From contig OX597819.1 in assembly GCA_951406725.2 (NCBI GenBank), forward strand, positions 79,980,001 to 80,044,000: a stretch of DNA of 64,000 nucleotides, read 5' to 3'. Below, piece by piece: positions 1 through 13,499 of this stretch. The notes under the pieces are model-generated. The model was not told the DNA's origin, did not search any database, and worked only from the letters and a program-made list of their open reading frames with translations. Position numbers and translations under genes: made by a program. Each line of letters opens with the position of its first letter. Position 1 is the stretch's first letter. Origin of the DNA: Octopus vulgaris. Lineage: Eukaryota.

Positions 1-150
1 GCGGAGGCGTGTGGGATAGTAGGTATGAAGTTGCACTTATGGTTGAAAGATTGTGGTTTCCATTCCTGGCCCGGTCGATGTATTGTATTCTTGAGCAAAT
101 CACTTCAATTCAGGTTGCTCCAGTCCACTCAGCTGGAATAACTGAGTAAT
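1..150 (+). mobile_element. tRNA-derived SINE family B, partial copy
   Basis: Head with degenerate A/B-box-like motifs, then 'ttgctccagtccactcagctgg', shared with copies at ~6247-6510(-) and ~53555-53850(+); related copies at ~9690-9980(-) and ~38650-38858(-). Confidence 0.6.
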
Positions 151-409
151 CTTTGACGGACCGTCGTCCAGTTCCGTGGGAGAACATATGGCACAGACTA
201 AGAGGAAACCGGCCTGAGGAGCCTATGGCGCAAAAGGGAGCTTTAATAATTTTTTGTGACTCTCTGGTAAGAAGCCTGCTTCTCAACAACATGATGCCGG
301 GTTCTAACCCACTGCGTAGCAATTTGGGAAAGTGTTTTCTACTAAGCTTCGGGTAGACCAAAGTCTTGTGAGCAGATTTGGTAAACGGAAACTGAAAGAA
401 GCACGTAAC

Positions 410-440
<31 letters not shown>

Positions 441-522
441 TGTATGTATGTATGTATGTATGTATGTATGTATGTATGTATGTATGTATATATGTATATA
501 TGTATATATATATATATATATT

Positions 523-555
<33 letters not shown>

Positions 556-562
556 TCATATA

Positions 563-810
563 TAGGGAGAATTCACAAAAAAAACAAAAGACGAAGAGAG
601 ATGGTGTAGAGAACATGCAGATGTATTAGTTTAAAGATCGGGAAGTTAAAAAGTCTTTAACGTTTCGAGCCTATGCTCTTCCACAGAAAGGAATGGAGAA
701 AGAAACAAGGAGAGAAAATAAAGAATGTGTAGTGGCTAGCGATCTATTATGGCGTATGCCGGACAGAGGGATCACACAGGAGAGCCAGGGAGAAGGGGAG
801 ATAATAAAGT
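563..810 (-). mobile_element. Short PLE-type (pLTR-like) non-coding module carrying a variant hammerhead, copy 1
   Basis: Homologous to 33355-33558(-) and ~46430-46570(+); embedded in TA/TG microsatellite. Confidence 0.65.
655..690 (-). ncRNA. Putative minimal type I hammerhead ribozyme, variant core
   Basis: Minus strand reads cuuu-CUGUGGA-A-GAGC(auag)GCUC-GAA-ACGU-U-aaag: 4-bp stem I, 4-bp stem II, loopless palindromic stem III. Confidence 0.5.
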
Positions 811-1472
811 ATGTATGAATGTATGTGTGTATGTATGTATGTATGTGTGTGTATGTGTGTGTGCGTGTGCGCGCGCGTGGTTTGTCTCTCTACCACTGCT
901 TGTCAACAGCTGTCGTTGTCTTTACGCCCCTATATCTTAGCATTTCGACAAAGGACGCCGAAAGAATAAGTACTAGGCTTAAAAATAGTCCTGCGGTCGA
1001 TTTGTTCAGCTAAAACCCCTCCGGACAGTGCTCCAGCATGGCCGCAATCAAATGACTAAATCAAGTAAAGCAACAACTGTATAATACAGGTAAATTTTAT
1101 ATAACTGTGGGGTACAACTGTTTGTTCTAGTCGATGTTATATAAGAGAACATGTTAGAAAGACATGTGTACGCCTTGTAAATAAACATCCTTAAAATCAA
1201 TCAAGAGCTTATTTCAGTGTAATATTGCTGGATCACATTATGCAGCGAGTATTTCTTAGATTTTTAAATGGAAAACAGTATGAGGGTCTCATGAGAATCA
1301 AGTCAACTTATACGTCGACATATACGTTATGCATATGAATATATGCATTTTGTCTGGAGTTTCAATCTTGAACTTTCAGGATAAGCGCATATATGAAAGC
1401 CATTTTCGTCGGGTGTATGGCTGCATGCGTATGTATGTCTTCGGCTGTTTTATTGCGTATGTGTTTGTGCCT

Positions 1473-1531
<59 letters not shown>

Positions 1532-1624
1532 GAGTGGGTAAGGTGACGATTTAAACTTTCATTTTGACTCACTGGGAGAGCGTAACTGAGATATAAAAAC
1601 CAACCGTTTTTTAGTTCAGTTTCC

Positions 1625-1765
1625 ATTATCATCATCGTCATCAACATTCATCACCAACACCACCACCACCACAGCCACAGCCACCACCGCCGCCGTCGCC
1701 GCCACCAATACCATCATCATCATCATCATCATCATCATCATGGTCATCGTCATCGTCATCGTCAC

Positions 1766-1797
<32 letters not shown>

Positions 1798-2110
1798 CCA
1801 ACACCACCACCACCAACAGCATCTTGAGTAGCAGCGGCAGTGGCAGCAGCTCCTTCAACGTCATTATAATTATTGCATACTAGTCAACCGTCGTCATCTT
1901 CAGCCTCATCATCATCATCCTCATTTTCTGAGTCGTCGTTTTGTCGTGGCTGTGGATGTCATCAAAATCATCACCACTATCAACAACACTAAACCACCAC
2001 CAACACCACCACCACCATCACCACCAAAACCACCGTCACCACCACCACCACCATCATCATCATCGTCATCATCATCATTTTTAATGCCAACACCTAATCA
2101 TCGTCATGTC
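1625..2110. repeat. (CAT)n/(CAC)n trinucleotide microsatellite cluster
   Basis: Direct inspection; the source of the poly-M/V/P/S pseudo-ORFs. Confidence 0.95.
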
Positions 2111-2172
2111 TACGTGTTATATCTTCATCACGTCTGGGAAATTTAAGCATGAAGAATCATTATGATTTTGTC

Positions 2173-2224
<52 letters not shown>

Positions 2225-2308
2225 ACACATACACACACAACAGCACACACATATACACAAACATACAGACATACGTGCTATACATACAGGTACACCTTAT
2301 TTATACTC

Positions 2309-2345
<37 letters not shown>

Positions 2346-2830
2346 TATACATACCTATATATATATAGATATATATATATACACACGCACACATATATAC
2401 ATATATACACGCATAATACATACGTACATACATACACACATACACAGATACATGCTTACATGCATACTCTTATTATAAATTGTTAGAAGCTGAATCTTTA
2501 CTATTCGCTACTTCAAGTTTCTATATTTCCGACGTTCAGATGATGAGAGAAACTCGAAAAACGATTTGTGAGGTGACGGATTCCAGTGGATACAACACTT
2601 GACGTAGAGTATTAAGTGCGCGCTTTTCTCCATTTTTTTTCACAGTCAGTTGTTTACACACGTCTGCATACACATATGTATACATCCGTCCATCCATCCA
2701 TCCATACATACATACATACATACATACATACATACATACATACATACATGTATACATGCATACCTGCATACATACACACACATATATGTATATGTATTTA
2801 TACATACATACATACATACATACATGCATA

Positions 2831-2862
<32 letters not shown>

Positions 2863-2868
2863 AATCTA

Positions 2869-2985
<117 letters not shown>

Positions 2986-3069
2986 TGGTAGATCGACAGA
3001 TAATAAGATATAGCTAGATAATATGCATATTGTATGCGCGTGTATGTGTGTAGAGATAGATAGACAAAC

Positions 3070-3163
<94 letters not shown>

Positions 3164-3343
3164 GCGGATAGCTAGATATGTAGGTAGATTGGTAGGTAGA
3201 TAGACAGACAGACAGATCTACCTATATACCTACCTACATATCTGTTTATCTCTCTCTCTATCTATCTATCTACACACACTAACACACAGATATAATAGAA
3301 ACACTTCTCTATTTCTCTACCTGTCTATATATCTGTCTATCAA

Positions 3344-3380
<37 letters not shown>

Positions 3381-3789
3381 GCGCACACATATACATATAC
3401 ATATAGACAGATAGAAAGACAGACAATTTATAAATATAGCTGTGTATATGGCCATATGCATTTGCTTATGTATCATATATTTCGTATCTGAGTACCAATA
3501 TGAATAATGCATACGTATTTGTATGTACGTATGTACGTATGTATCCATGTGCGTGTGTCTAAGTAAAAAAGGAGAGATGAAATTAGTAAATAACGGTGGA
3601 ATAGAGAAGGTGGGTGTGGTAGATGTGCATAAATGCTGGCGTGTGTTTATACGTTTATGTATGTGCGACTGTGTATATATGTGTTCAAATTCAAATATAT
3701 CTGGCATTTGTATGATCGCCTGAGTACGTACATCAGCCGTATTGTCTTGTCTTATCTTATCTTTCGATTTCGGAATTAAAAACATTAAA

Positions 3790-4430
3790 AGTGGGAGGAA
3801 ATAGAGAAAAAAATGGAGGATAAACAAATGTAGAGAAAGAAAAACAACGAAAGATAGAGAGGAAGAAAACTAAGAAAGAGAAAATGAAAGAGAAAAGAAA
3901 TGAGAAATGAGAAAATGAAACGAAGGCCTGAAAGAATGACAGAAGGGAAAAAAGTCAAAAGGAAAAAAAAAAAAAATTGGAAGAAATTCAGAGAGAAATT
4001 GAAGGCAGGAAGGAGGAAAGAATGAAAAAGAAAGAAAGAGAGCAAGAATGAATGGAAACTGAAACAGAAGCAAAGAAAGGAAGAAATGCTGAAGAGAAAG
4101 AATGTCAGAAAGAAACAAGTAAAACGAAGGAAAATAAGAATTGCCCCTCCCCCCTCAAAAATAAAAGAATGGAAGAAAGACAGAATCGACATAAAGTAAC
4201 AAAGAACAAGCGAAAGAGTAACTGGCATGAATAACACATAAGCAATAAAAAGAAGGCAAGAAGAAAGAAAGAAAGAAAGAAAGAAAAAATGAATGAATGA
4301 ATGAAAGAACGAGCGAAAACGGTGAAGGAATGAAGGGTGAAAAAGAACAAATGAAACAAGTAAGAAGAAAGAAAACATAAAGGAAAGAAAAGGAGGAAAA
4401 AGGAAGACGGAAAGAAGGAGAGTCACAATG
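3790..4430. repeat. Low-complexity polypurine (GA-rich) tract
   Basis: About 640 bp dominated by A/G, with (GAAA)n and (GAAT)n runs. Confidence 0.9.
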
Positions 4431-4686
4431 AATGAAATTTATATAAATATATACTAAAAAATAAAAACGGAGGGAAGATGGATGAGGGGTACCAGTGTGG
4501 AAAGATTGTGTGTCAAGTCTGGCCCTGTTAATACAGTGGCGCCATCTATTGCATTTAGAAATCGTTAATCTTCGTTATGATCCAGACATGGTACTTATCA
4601 ACATTTCGTCAAGTGTCTGACAGATATAGGTCAAGGACACGAAGAGCTTGTTGGGTGTTGTATAAGTGTACGTTTATGTATGTATG

Positions 4687-4773
<87 letters not shown>

Positions 4774-4933
4774 GCAAACATTCACATATGCATAGAATCA
4801 CATCCGTAAGCCTCTACATATTGACATACGAATATTCAAATTCATTTATGCATTTGTAGCTGTGTAAACAGAAAACAACACACGAGCACTCAGATATAAA
4901 CATGCACACACTCTTGTGTTCTGTCTCTCTCTC

Positions 4934-4989
<56 letters not shown>

Positions 4990-5848
4990 ACTCTCTCTCT
5001 CTCTTCTCACATGCACACACATACGTGGAGGTACATGTGTGTATTAACTGTTGTACATTTGAACGTAACACAAATATTTCTGTGGCCGTGTGTGTGTGTG
5101 TGCATGTGTGTGTTCGTGTGTGTTTGTGTGTGCGTATATATATATATATATATATATATATCATTTCATATGTATATATGTATGCAAATATATACATACG
5201 TACGTATACTTTATAGTCATATGTATATAAATGTGTGCGATTGTGTGTGTGTGTGTGTGCTTGTGTGTATGTGTGTAGATGAGTATGTAAGTATGCATAC
5301 ACAAATGCCCACATGCAAACACATATACAAGGATTTTATTTTCCTCCTACGTATGAATATTCTCTTAACACTCAAAGTTACATAACCCAAAACATTGCAG
5401 TATCAAGTTATGGAATTTAAAATCCGTGTGCGTGCGTGTTTGTGTGTGTGCTATTTAGTAAGGAAATCACATTGTAAATAGCTGTTCATATGCCATCGAA
5501 TTAGCGTTTAAATCTTTGGATTAAATGCCTTCCACTACTTGTACTGGCTAACTGCGACCTTACTGAGGTGTTCAGTACTTTGAGAAGGAAATGCTTTTCA
5601 CAAATAGTCCCCTAAAATTCTCAACATGCTCATCCAGCAACATGAATTTCAGACAGAGCACATCTTTAAAACGCTTCTCAACAAAATACGAAACAAACTA
5701 AGGCTTCGCCTTTTTCGACAAATTCATATTCGTAAGGACTACAAAAGAGCTTGGTAGAAAGGACAGATTTCACCTCACTGTTGGCAAACAGTTCAGTCTG
5801 GGGCCACCACAATCCACCACCAGAGGTCAAGAACAATTCTTGTATATA

Positions 5849-5888
<40 letters not shown>

Positions 5889-6246
5889 GCATGGTCGAAT
5901 CGGCGGTTAAGTGAAGTTGCTAAAAACTTAGCACAGTTAAAAACAAAATCTGTCAAAAGGATGGATAAACCCAGTGTAGATTCAACCACTATCTAGCACT
6001 CAGAAATTGTTGGTATTCGGCGTGCTGACAGATATCTGGGAGTGAAACACTCCTCAGTTTTTCTTAACGCATGTCTCTAGCAGATCACTCTGATATAGTA
6101 AGACCGGATGCACAAGGACAGGCATTGGATATCTTAGGGATCTTTTGCTTGCGTTTGAGATTACTACAATCTCACATTCGTGAGTCTGCGACCATATTGG
6201 GACTAGAAATCTTGTCTCGGCTTGTCTCTGGAACATAGAGTGGCAA

Positions 6247-6510
6247 TCCGTCAGTTACGAGCGTTCCAGTTGACCCGATAAATGGTAGAGACTGCTTGTG
6301 AAATTAACGTGCTAGTGGGTGAACCCTCCACAGATACGCGTACCATTAACATTGTTCTCAGAGGGATTCAGGCTGATAAGATTGGTCTTTCGGATTACAA
6401 GTAGATTACATTTTTGTCAGCTGAATGGACCGGAGCAACCTGGAATATAGTGTCTTGCTGAAGGACACAACGCGTCACCGGGAATTGAACTCACAGCCTA
6501 TGTTTGATAA
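6247..6510 (-). mobile_element. SINE family B copy
   Basis: Reverse complement of 53555-53850 ('gaaattaacgtgc...ctccacaga...cagctga.tggac.ggagcaac...ggaattgaactcac'). Confidence 0.75.
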
Positions 6511-6855
6511 CTGGTGAGTTGTGTATTCGAGTGTGAGTTTGGATGATATTTACGAACCCACTCAAAAGGTGAGCATCGCAAAGAAATATTTCTCGTCGTC
6601 ACTCGACCTGCTAAATCTAACAGCCAAATGCTTCTCACATCACTCCTCTCGCTTTTACTCTCACCCTCTCCCTTAAAGAAGGCCATTATAGACAATGAAA
6701 TCCTAGATAAGATATATGTATGACCGAATGTATAGCACGTTGATTGCTGAAGCACTTTTGGTTATAGGGTGAGCTTGATCGAGTCTAACCGGCGGACAAA
6801 CACAAACACTAATAACAAGATTTCCATAAATAAATATCTCGGTAAAAATATATAT

Positions 6856-7119
6856 TCTTTTACTTGTTTCAGTCAGTTGACTGTGGCCATGCTGGAGCAC
6901 CGCCTTTAGTCGGACAAATCGTTCCTAGTACTTATTCTATAGGTCACTTTTGCCGAACCGCTAGATTACGGGGACGTAAACACACTAACATTGGTTGTCA
7001 AGTGATGGTGGGGGACAAACGCAGACGCACAAATTCGCACACACACATTATACACGTATATATATATATACGTGTGTGTGTGTGTGCATATATATATATA
7101 TATATATAATGTATGTATA

Positions 7120-7157
<38 letters not shown>

Positions 7158-7164
7158 GTATGTA

Positions 7165-7242
<78 letters not shown>

Positions 7243-7437
7243 ATATATATATATATATACGTAATATATATATACTTACGACGAGCTTCTTTCAGTTTCC
7301 GTCTACGAAATTCACTTACAAGGCTTTGTTCGGCCCAAGGCTAAAGCAAGAATACACTTGCCTAAGGTGCCACACAGTGGACTGAACCCGGAATCATGTG
7401 GTTGGGAAGCAAGCTTCTTACCACACAACCACGCCTG
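6856..7437 (-). mobile_element. SINE family A copy with expanded internal (TA)n
   Basis: 'cttttacttgtttcagtca...ggccatgctggagcacc' through 'ttcagtttccgtctac...ggactgaacccggaatcatgtggttgggaagcaagcttcttaccacac'. Confidence 0.85.
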
Positions 7438-7803
7438 AAGGAAAAGAAACACACACACACACGCACACAAGATTGGTCATGTCTTAGACATAATTGATCA
7501 TAGGTCTTTTCCAGTTGGGTTAAACAACAATAAAAACAACAAAGGCTAGAGCTTCTCATGCTGGTTCTCGTCGGTAGCCTACACCTTAAGGACCACTAGA
7601 TTTCGAGAGGGTTTAAAACCGCCAGACACTCCTTTATTTAGGCTACTAAGCTTCAACCTCTTTACCTGAAAGCTAACCAACCAGGCAAGTAATTTGTTCC
7701 TTTTTTGTGTAGCTCAAAACTTATGATATGGTCCTACTGATATAGGTCGAATGACAAGACGGTACTTACCAATACATACATACATACACGCATACATACA
7801 TAC

Positions 7804-7876
<73 letters not shown>

Positions 7877-7970
7877 TATATACGTAAATATATATATGTG
7901 TGTATGTATATATATATGTATATATGTATGTGTGGATGCCTATATATATCTATGTATATATGCTTGTGCG

Positions 7971-8029
<59 letters not shown>

Positions 8030-8256
8030 GTGTGTATGTATGTATGTATGAGTAAATACACTCGTGCGCACACACATACGAACGTTACATATGTACGTAC
8101 ACTTCGTATTTGTATAGGTGCATGCAATCGAAAGGTAGATCTCGGTAACAGTCAGATTAACATTAATCATTCTGTTCGCCTTGACAAGTGTAACGTAGAA
8201 AAGGTGGGTACTGTGTCAGGTGTCTCGACGCTGAATGACACAGAACGAGGTATTGT

Positions 8257-8257
<1 letters not shown>

Positions 8258-8288
<31 letters not shown>

Positions 8289-8570
8289 GGTGGTGGTGGT
8301 GGTGGTGGTGGTGGTGGTGGTGGTGGTGGTGGTGGTGGTGATGATGGTGGTGGTGGCTGCGGCGGCGGGGCCGTGGTGGTGGTGGTGGGGTGTGGGTGTG
8401 TGGTGCTGGTGTTGGTGGCGGGGTGACGGTGGTGGTGGTGGTAGTGGTAGTAGTAGTGGTAGTAGTAGTGGTAGTAGTAGTGGTAGTAGTGGTAGTAGTA
8501 GTAGTAGTGGTAGTAGTAGTATTAGTAGTATTAGTAGTATTAGTATTAGTAGTAGTCGTAGTAGTAGCAG
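8258..8570. repeat. (GGT)n/(AGT)n microsatellite cluster
   Basis: Direct inspection. Confidence 0.95.
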
Positions 8571-9279
8571 TGGCTCAATACAGTCACTTTTTTTTTAATA
8601 TAAATCTATATTTCTAGGACCGTAAGTCATGCCAATGCGTTCTTCGTTTTATATGACGAGGTGGTTCGATTCAAAAGAAACTTGGTTGCTGCTTCCAGAA
8701 CGTCATGCAGCCGCGTAGGAGTAGCTACGGTGCTGTCAACTGGTCAATGAAAGGTTTAATTGAGACTGGTGACGCTAAAGTATGTATATGATGGGAGAGA
8801 CAAATACTCGCAAAAAGATTGATATGAAACCAGTTTGAAAACAACATTATGATTCGAATTATTTATTGACGAATAATATTTGATTCCTTCAGTAAGTATG
8901 GGAGCTAATTCTGAACAAGTTTAGGCCTTGTTATATCTCCTTAGCAAAGCGTGTTTTTTTTCTCCGTATATACTGAAGCAGTAATGGTAGAATTAACAAG
9001 GTCGCACTGTTCAAAATATTCAATGTGATTTTTTTGTTAGGCATGCGATTCAGGAAGTCCTGCGAGAAGCTGTTTACACATGACTGCTTTACGTGTTCAC
9101 TTGAACTTTCATTAAATGTAATCAAATCTTGTACAAACTTCTCCACATGGTCACCGGGAAATACGAAATCAAATATCTTTAATCCTTTATCTTTTAACTT
9201 TTACTGCTTTCAGTCATTTGACTTCAGTTATGCTAACGCACCACATTAAAAGGTTTAGTAAAACAATTCAATCGCGGTA

Positions 9280-9500
9280 TGAGAGGGAGCTGAAAAGTTC
9301 GTAGCTTCAACGGTGTAAAGAAAAGCCTGGCTGGAGGCCCAAACTTCCGAGTTCTTTTACAGGGCTTAGAAAAGCTTAAGGATCGCCCCAATTAGTGTGT
9401 GAATATGAAAGAGGAATATGTTGAATAAAATCTTAACTAATTGATTCTCTTGTATTTTCTTTTACCCAAAGCCAGGAACTTTTCAACTCCGACCCTCTCA
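9280..9500 (+). mobile_element. Mariner-derived MITE inserted in a minus-strand SINE A remnant
   Basis: Inverted ends 'tgagagggagctgaaaagttc' and 'gaacttttcaactcc...ctctca' near TA. Interior retains the mariner transposase C-terminus (GLEKLKDR...VNMKEEYVE*). A second copy lies inverted at ~26667-26883. Confidence 0.75.
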
Positions 9501-9689
9501 CATATATTTTAAGCCTGTTACTTATGATATCGGTTTCTTTTGCCGAACCTCTATCTTACATGGGCACAAGCAAAATAACACCCGTTGTCAATCACTGTGG
9601 GGACAAACACAAATATAACGATACACAAAGACACACACATAATACACACACACAGACACACACACACTTACACATATATATGATGGACG

Positions 9690-9976
9690 TCCCCATCGAA
9701 GACGATGTATGAGTGTTCAGCTTTAACTGAACGACCTGAACAACTGATTTGTTTATAGTGATCAAGTGTATGCTCCTTACATTTGCTAACTCCCTCCATC
9801 AAATTGACGTTGCCTGAACACTTGCATGGTGTACCACGCGTCAGTTGTCAAAGAGATTGCAGAGCAACACGAGAGGAAGTGTTTTGCTCAAGAACACAAC
9901 GCACCACTCGGTCTAGGAATTGAACCCACGATCTCACATTCGTTAGTGCAGCACCCTATCCACTAAGCGATGCATC

Positions 9977-9980
<4 letters not shown>
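9690..9980 (-). mobile_element. SINE family B-like copy
   Basis: 'gtgttttgctcaagaacacaacgcacc...ggaattgaacccacgatc...cactaagcgatgcatctgc' is the reverse complement of a tRNA-like head. Confidence 0.65.
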
Positions 9981-10032
<52 letters not shown>

Positions 10033-10036
<4 letters not shown>

Positions 10037-10934
10037 TAATACTAAGTAATTAAGGGTTTAGCAACGAATTGCCTCACCAACACACCGAATTTAGAAATAG
10101 CAGTCAAAGAGATATAGCTATTCCTTCTACTAAAAGGGGGATCTCAATAAAAACACAGCACTTGAAAGGCAAACACAGACAGGTAAGAAAGAAAGAATGA
10201 AATGACGGCAATCTATCATACAATTTTAAGTTACCTACGGACGTACGTTTCGAAATCAAGTTTAGGAAAGCATAAGAATTAGAAAATTCTACCTTACCCA
10301 AACTTCTTTTCTCATCGGCGCAGGATACTACAATTATGAATAATTGTATATTAAATTTTGAGATACTAGAAGGCATTATCTCAACTCAGTGTCAGAGCGA
10401 GCCAAAGCATGACCAGTACCACGAAATTCAAAGTGTGAATGAAAGTTTGTGTCACCAGCCCCCTTCCACCCGCGTGTAGCCAAGACAAAATGCTGTGGTC
10501 ATTTACTGGGATAAAATATGGTTATCAGTAGCAATAAAAGGGTGAAATTAATTAATTTGGAATAATTATCAATTACACCAAGTAGATTTCGGCATGTAAA
10601 AGCCCCATTCGAGGAAAATTTAAGTAATACTAAGTAATTAAGGGTTTAGCAACGAATTGCCTCACCAACACACCGAATTTAGAAATAGCAGTCAAAGAGA
10701 TATAGCTATTCCTTCTACTAAAAGGGGGATCTCAGTAAAAACACAGCACTTGAAAGGCAAACACAGACAGGTAAGAAAGAAAGAATGAAATGACGGCAAT
10801 CTATCATACAATTTTAAGTTACCTACGGACGTACGTTTCGAAATCTCGGTGTGTTGGTGAGGCAATTCGTTGCTAAACCCTTAATTACTTAGTATTACTT
10901 AAATTTTCCTCGAAATCTACTTGGTGTAATTGAT
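10033..10934 (-). mobile_element. Non-coding PLE/retrozyme-like insertion: 588-bp unit in partial tandem plus terminal inversion
   Basis: 10033-10257 repeats at 10621-10845 with one mismatch seen. 10846-10934 is an inverted copy of 10568-10676 lacking 20 nt. Flanked by (TA)n on both sides and contains a hammerhead motif. Confidence 0.8.
10234..10324 (-). ncRNA. Putative type I hammerhead ribozyme with long stem II (core CCGAUGA)
   Basis: Minus strand: ccugcg-CCGAUGA-[gaaa...aaguuuggg...ccuaaacuu...uuuc, ~60 nt]-GAA-ACGUACGU-C-cguagg. 6-bp stem I, palindromic stem III, GUC site at 10240. Confidence 0.7.
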
Positions 10935-11334
10935 ATATATATATATATATATATATATTCCAACAAAACTGTCCGACGAATGGGAAATGCATGCATGCAT
11001 GCATGTATGTATGTATGTATGTATGTATGTGTGTATGTATGTATGTATGTATGTATGTATGTATGTATGCATGTATGAGTGGCATGGGCTTCCAGATAGT
11101 CTTCGTCTAAGAAATTCCCTTCGAAGGCATTAATCGGCCCGCGATTATAGAAGACACTTAGAATGTGTCATATATAGGAACTGAATATGTTTTGTCCAAA
11201 CAAAGGGAAGCTAACTTCGGTAGGACTTGAACTCAGATTACAAGCAATCAAAATATACACCAGATAAGCTGCATCTACCCGACGCTGTAACGATTCTGGT
11301 AGTTCATCCGTATACATTAATCTAAATCCCTAGA

Positions 11335-11655
11335 TACACTAACTGAGGTAGCGCACATGACTGGAATGAATCTAATAATAGGTCACCAGGATTCAGAGCT
11401 GATCTTGGGATACACAATAAGAACAAAATCATATAGAAAGCAACCACTGCTGACAAACTTATATCTAGCCTAGTACCCTGGAGCCTTTTTTCACTTGTGG
11501 TACACTTATATTCTTTTGCAAATTCGGCGGCACATCTGAACGAAAAATATAACACGTAGTATAGGAATAAAATTATATACTGGTTGCACTGCGGCACACC
11601 TAGTATCGTTACGTGACACACCAGTGTGCCTCAGCATACCGGATGTGGAACACTG
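11335..11655. mobile_element. hAT (Charlie-like) non-autonomous remnant, right end only
   Basis: Ends '...gtgtgcctcagcataccggatgtggaacactg' followed by 'atctagac' (NTCTAGAN-type target). Left end not recognisable. Confidence 0.35.
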
Positions 11656-12184
11656 ATCTAGACAACCTGACAAAGGGTCCTGCCAGTCTGTCTGCCAGTA
11701 CGTTTATCTGTCTTTATATATATATGTACACCTTCCTCTGTTGATCTGTCTGGTATTGTTGGCCTAAATGGAACTAATATCAGCAGTCTTCATGATGTCT
11801 TTTGTCTTTGTGTGTACCTAAGTGTGTGTGCATGTGTATGTGTATGCGTGTGTTATGTGCGTGTATGTGCGTGTGCGTTGTGTCCAGCATACATTTGACA
11901 GTTTGCATAAATAAGAAAACGATATCTTATCTAAAAATAAAGTACTTAATTTTTTTTTTAATTATGGATTAGATGACGGTTGTGAAATAACGATTCCTAA
12001 TTTTGGCCCAAGGCCAGCAGGTTTGAGGGAGGGGTTAAGTCGATTACATCGACTCCGAAAAGATAAAAGGCAAAGTCGACCTCAGCAGAATTTGAACTCA
12101 AGATGCAAAGACAAGGAAATGCTACAAAGCATTTTGCCCGGCTTACTAGCGATTCTGCCAGCACGTCACTTTAGGCAGCGAAAT

Positions 12185-12415
12185 AACAGTTTACTCAAAG
12201 CAGCTACTCTCAGCTTCCACTACAGCCCCATGATGGTTCTAGAACTTGGAGCAAATATTCTTCACTGCGTCCCTGGGAAGATCTTCGAACGCCTTGATCT
12301 TGGCCACCAGCTCGGCCTTAGTGTTCAGGCAGAGAGCAGTTGGTGTCTTTCACAACTGCGATCCACACATAAGATACATGGGATTACAATTCGGGAATTA
12401 TGGAACCGGAACATC
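12185..12415 (-). mobile_element. 3' fragment of a maT/DD37D-like transposase gene
   Basis: Aligns by eye with 35760-35990 ('ctgggaagatc.tcgaacgc..cttgat.tt...caccagct...gagcagttgg'). Confidence 0.6.
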
Positions 12416-12887
12416 TGTTAACATTGTTTTTCTTTTTTTTACTACAACTTATGTGACAACACAAAATTTATTTCAAGCTAATAAGGGGAGACCTCTGTAC
12501 AGACGTTCGATGAGCTAGATGTAGCAGCGAAATTTCTCTAGAGATCCAATCCAATAAGCTCTAATTCGGACTCACTGAAAGAACTAATCTTATATTTACA
12601 TATTTAGACAACATCGTGTGTGTGTATATATATGTGTGTGTGTGTGTGTAAGTGTGTGTTGTGTATCATTATTATAATGTGTGTGTGTGTGTGGTGTGTG
12701 TGTGTGTATGTGTTGTATATAATTGTAATGACCAGAAAATATAATGGTATTTCTGATTGTATATATGTAATAGTGTGTTGCTGTGGGACATAAAATTTCG
12801 AAGAATGAGTGAATCAAGGCTATCAACAGCATCAATATAATGTACCTTATAACTAACCAAATAAATAAATAAATATCCATATGATTA

Positions 12888-13300
12888 GGCGCAGGTGTGG
12901 CTAACCTCCCAACCACATAGTTACGGATTCAGTCCCACTGCGTGGCACCTTGTGTAAGTGTCTTCTATTATAGCCTAGGGCGGACCAAAGCCTTATGAGT
13001 GGATTCTGTTGACAGAAACTGAAAGAAGCCCTTCGTATATGTGTATATATATATGTGTGTGTGTGCGTGTGTGTGTATATGTGTGTGTATATGTCTTCGT
13101 ATCTGTGTTTGTCCTCCGCCACTTGACAACCGGTATTGGTATGTTTACGTCACCGTAACGTAGCCGTTCGGGGAAAAAAACGATAGAATAAGTACAGGCT
13201 TAACTAAAACAATAAGTCCTGAGGTCAATTTACTGACTAAAAATACTTCAAGGCAGTGCCCCAGAACGGCCGCAAACAAATGACTGAAACGAGTAAAAGA
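12888..13300 (+). mobile_element. SINE family A copy
   Basis: 'ggcgcaggtgtggct...ttcagtcccactgcgtggcacctt...aaatgactgaaacgagtaaaaga'. Confidence 0.85.
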
Positions 13301-13499
13301 TAAAATATAAAAGAAAAGATGATTACAAATATGTGTGTGTAGTTAGGTTGCGAGATTAGTCCCACGACAGATGTGTACATTTGGAATTCGAATATAGTTC
13401 TGTTTCCTGAAAGATTTACTGAGTATCGAAGGGTATTATTAAGTTTTTGTACCAATTGTCTGAAAATCGTGATTGAAATTATTATTGGAATACTGCAAT

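Larger units (their letters stand above)
256..1070 (+). mobile_element. tRNA-derived SINE family A, split by a central microsatellite and a nested hammerhead module
   Basis: 5' half '...tggtaagaagc...ggttctaacccactgcg...ggaaactgaaagaagc' and 3' half '...gaataagtactaggctt...ctccagcatggccgca...aaatgact' match many other copies in the window. Confidence 0.8.

Noticed and set aside
2535-2572. ATGATGA-gag(aaa)ctc-GAAA hammerhead-like string
   Set aside because: C3 is missing, the cleavage position would be G, and stem I is weak.
5560-6200. Possible hAT transposase C-terminal remnant (LNKIRNKLRLRL)
   Set aside because: A single weak motif with no TIRs; cannot be supported by eye.
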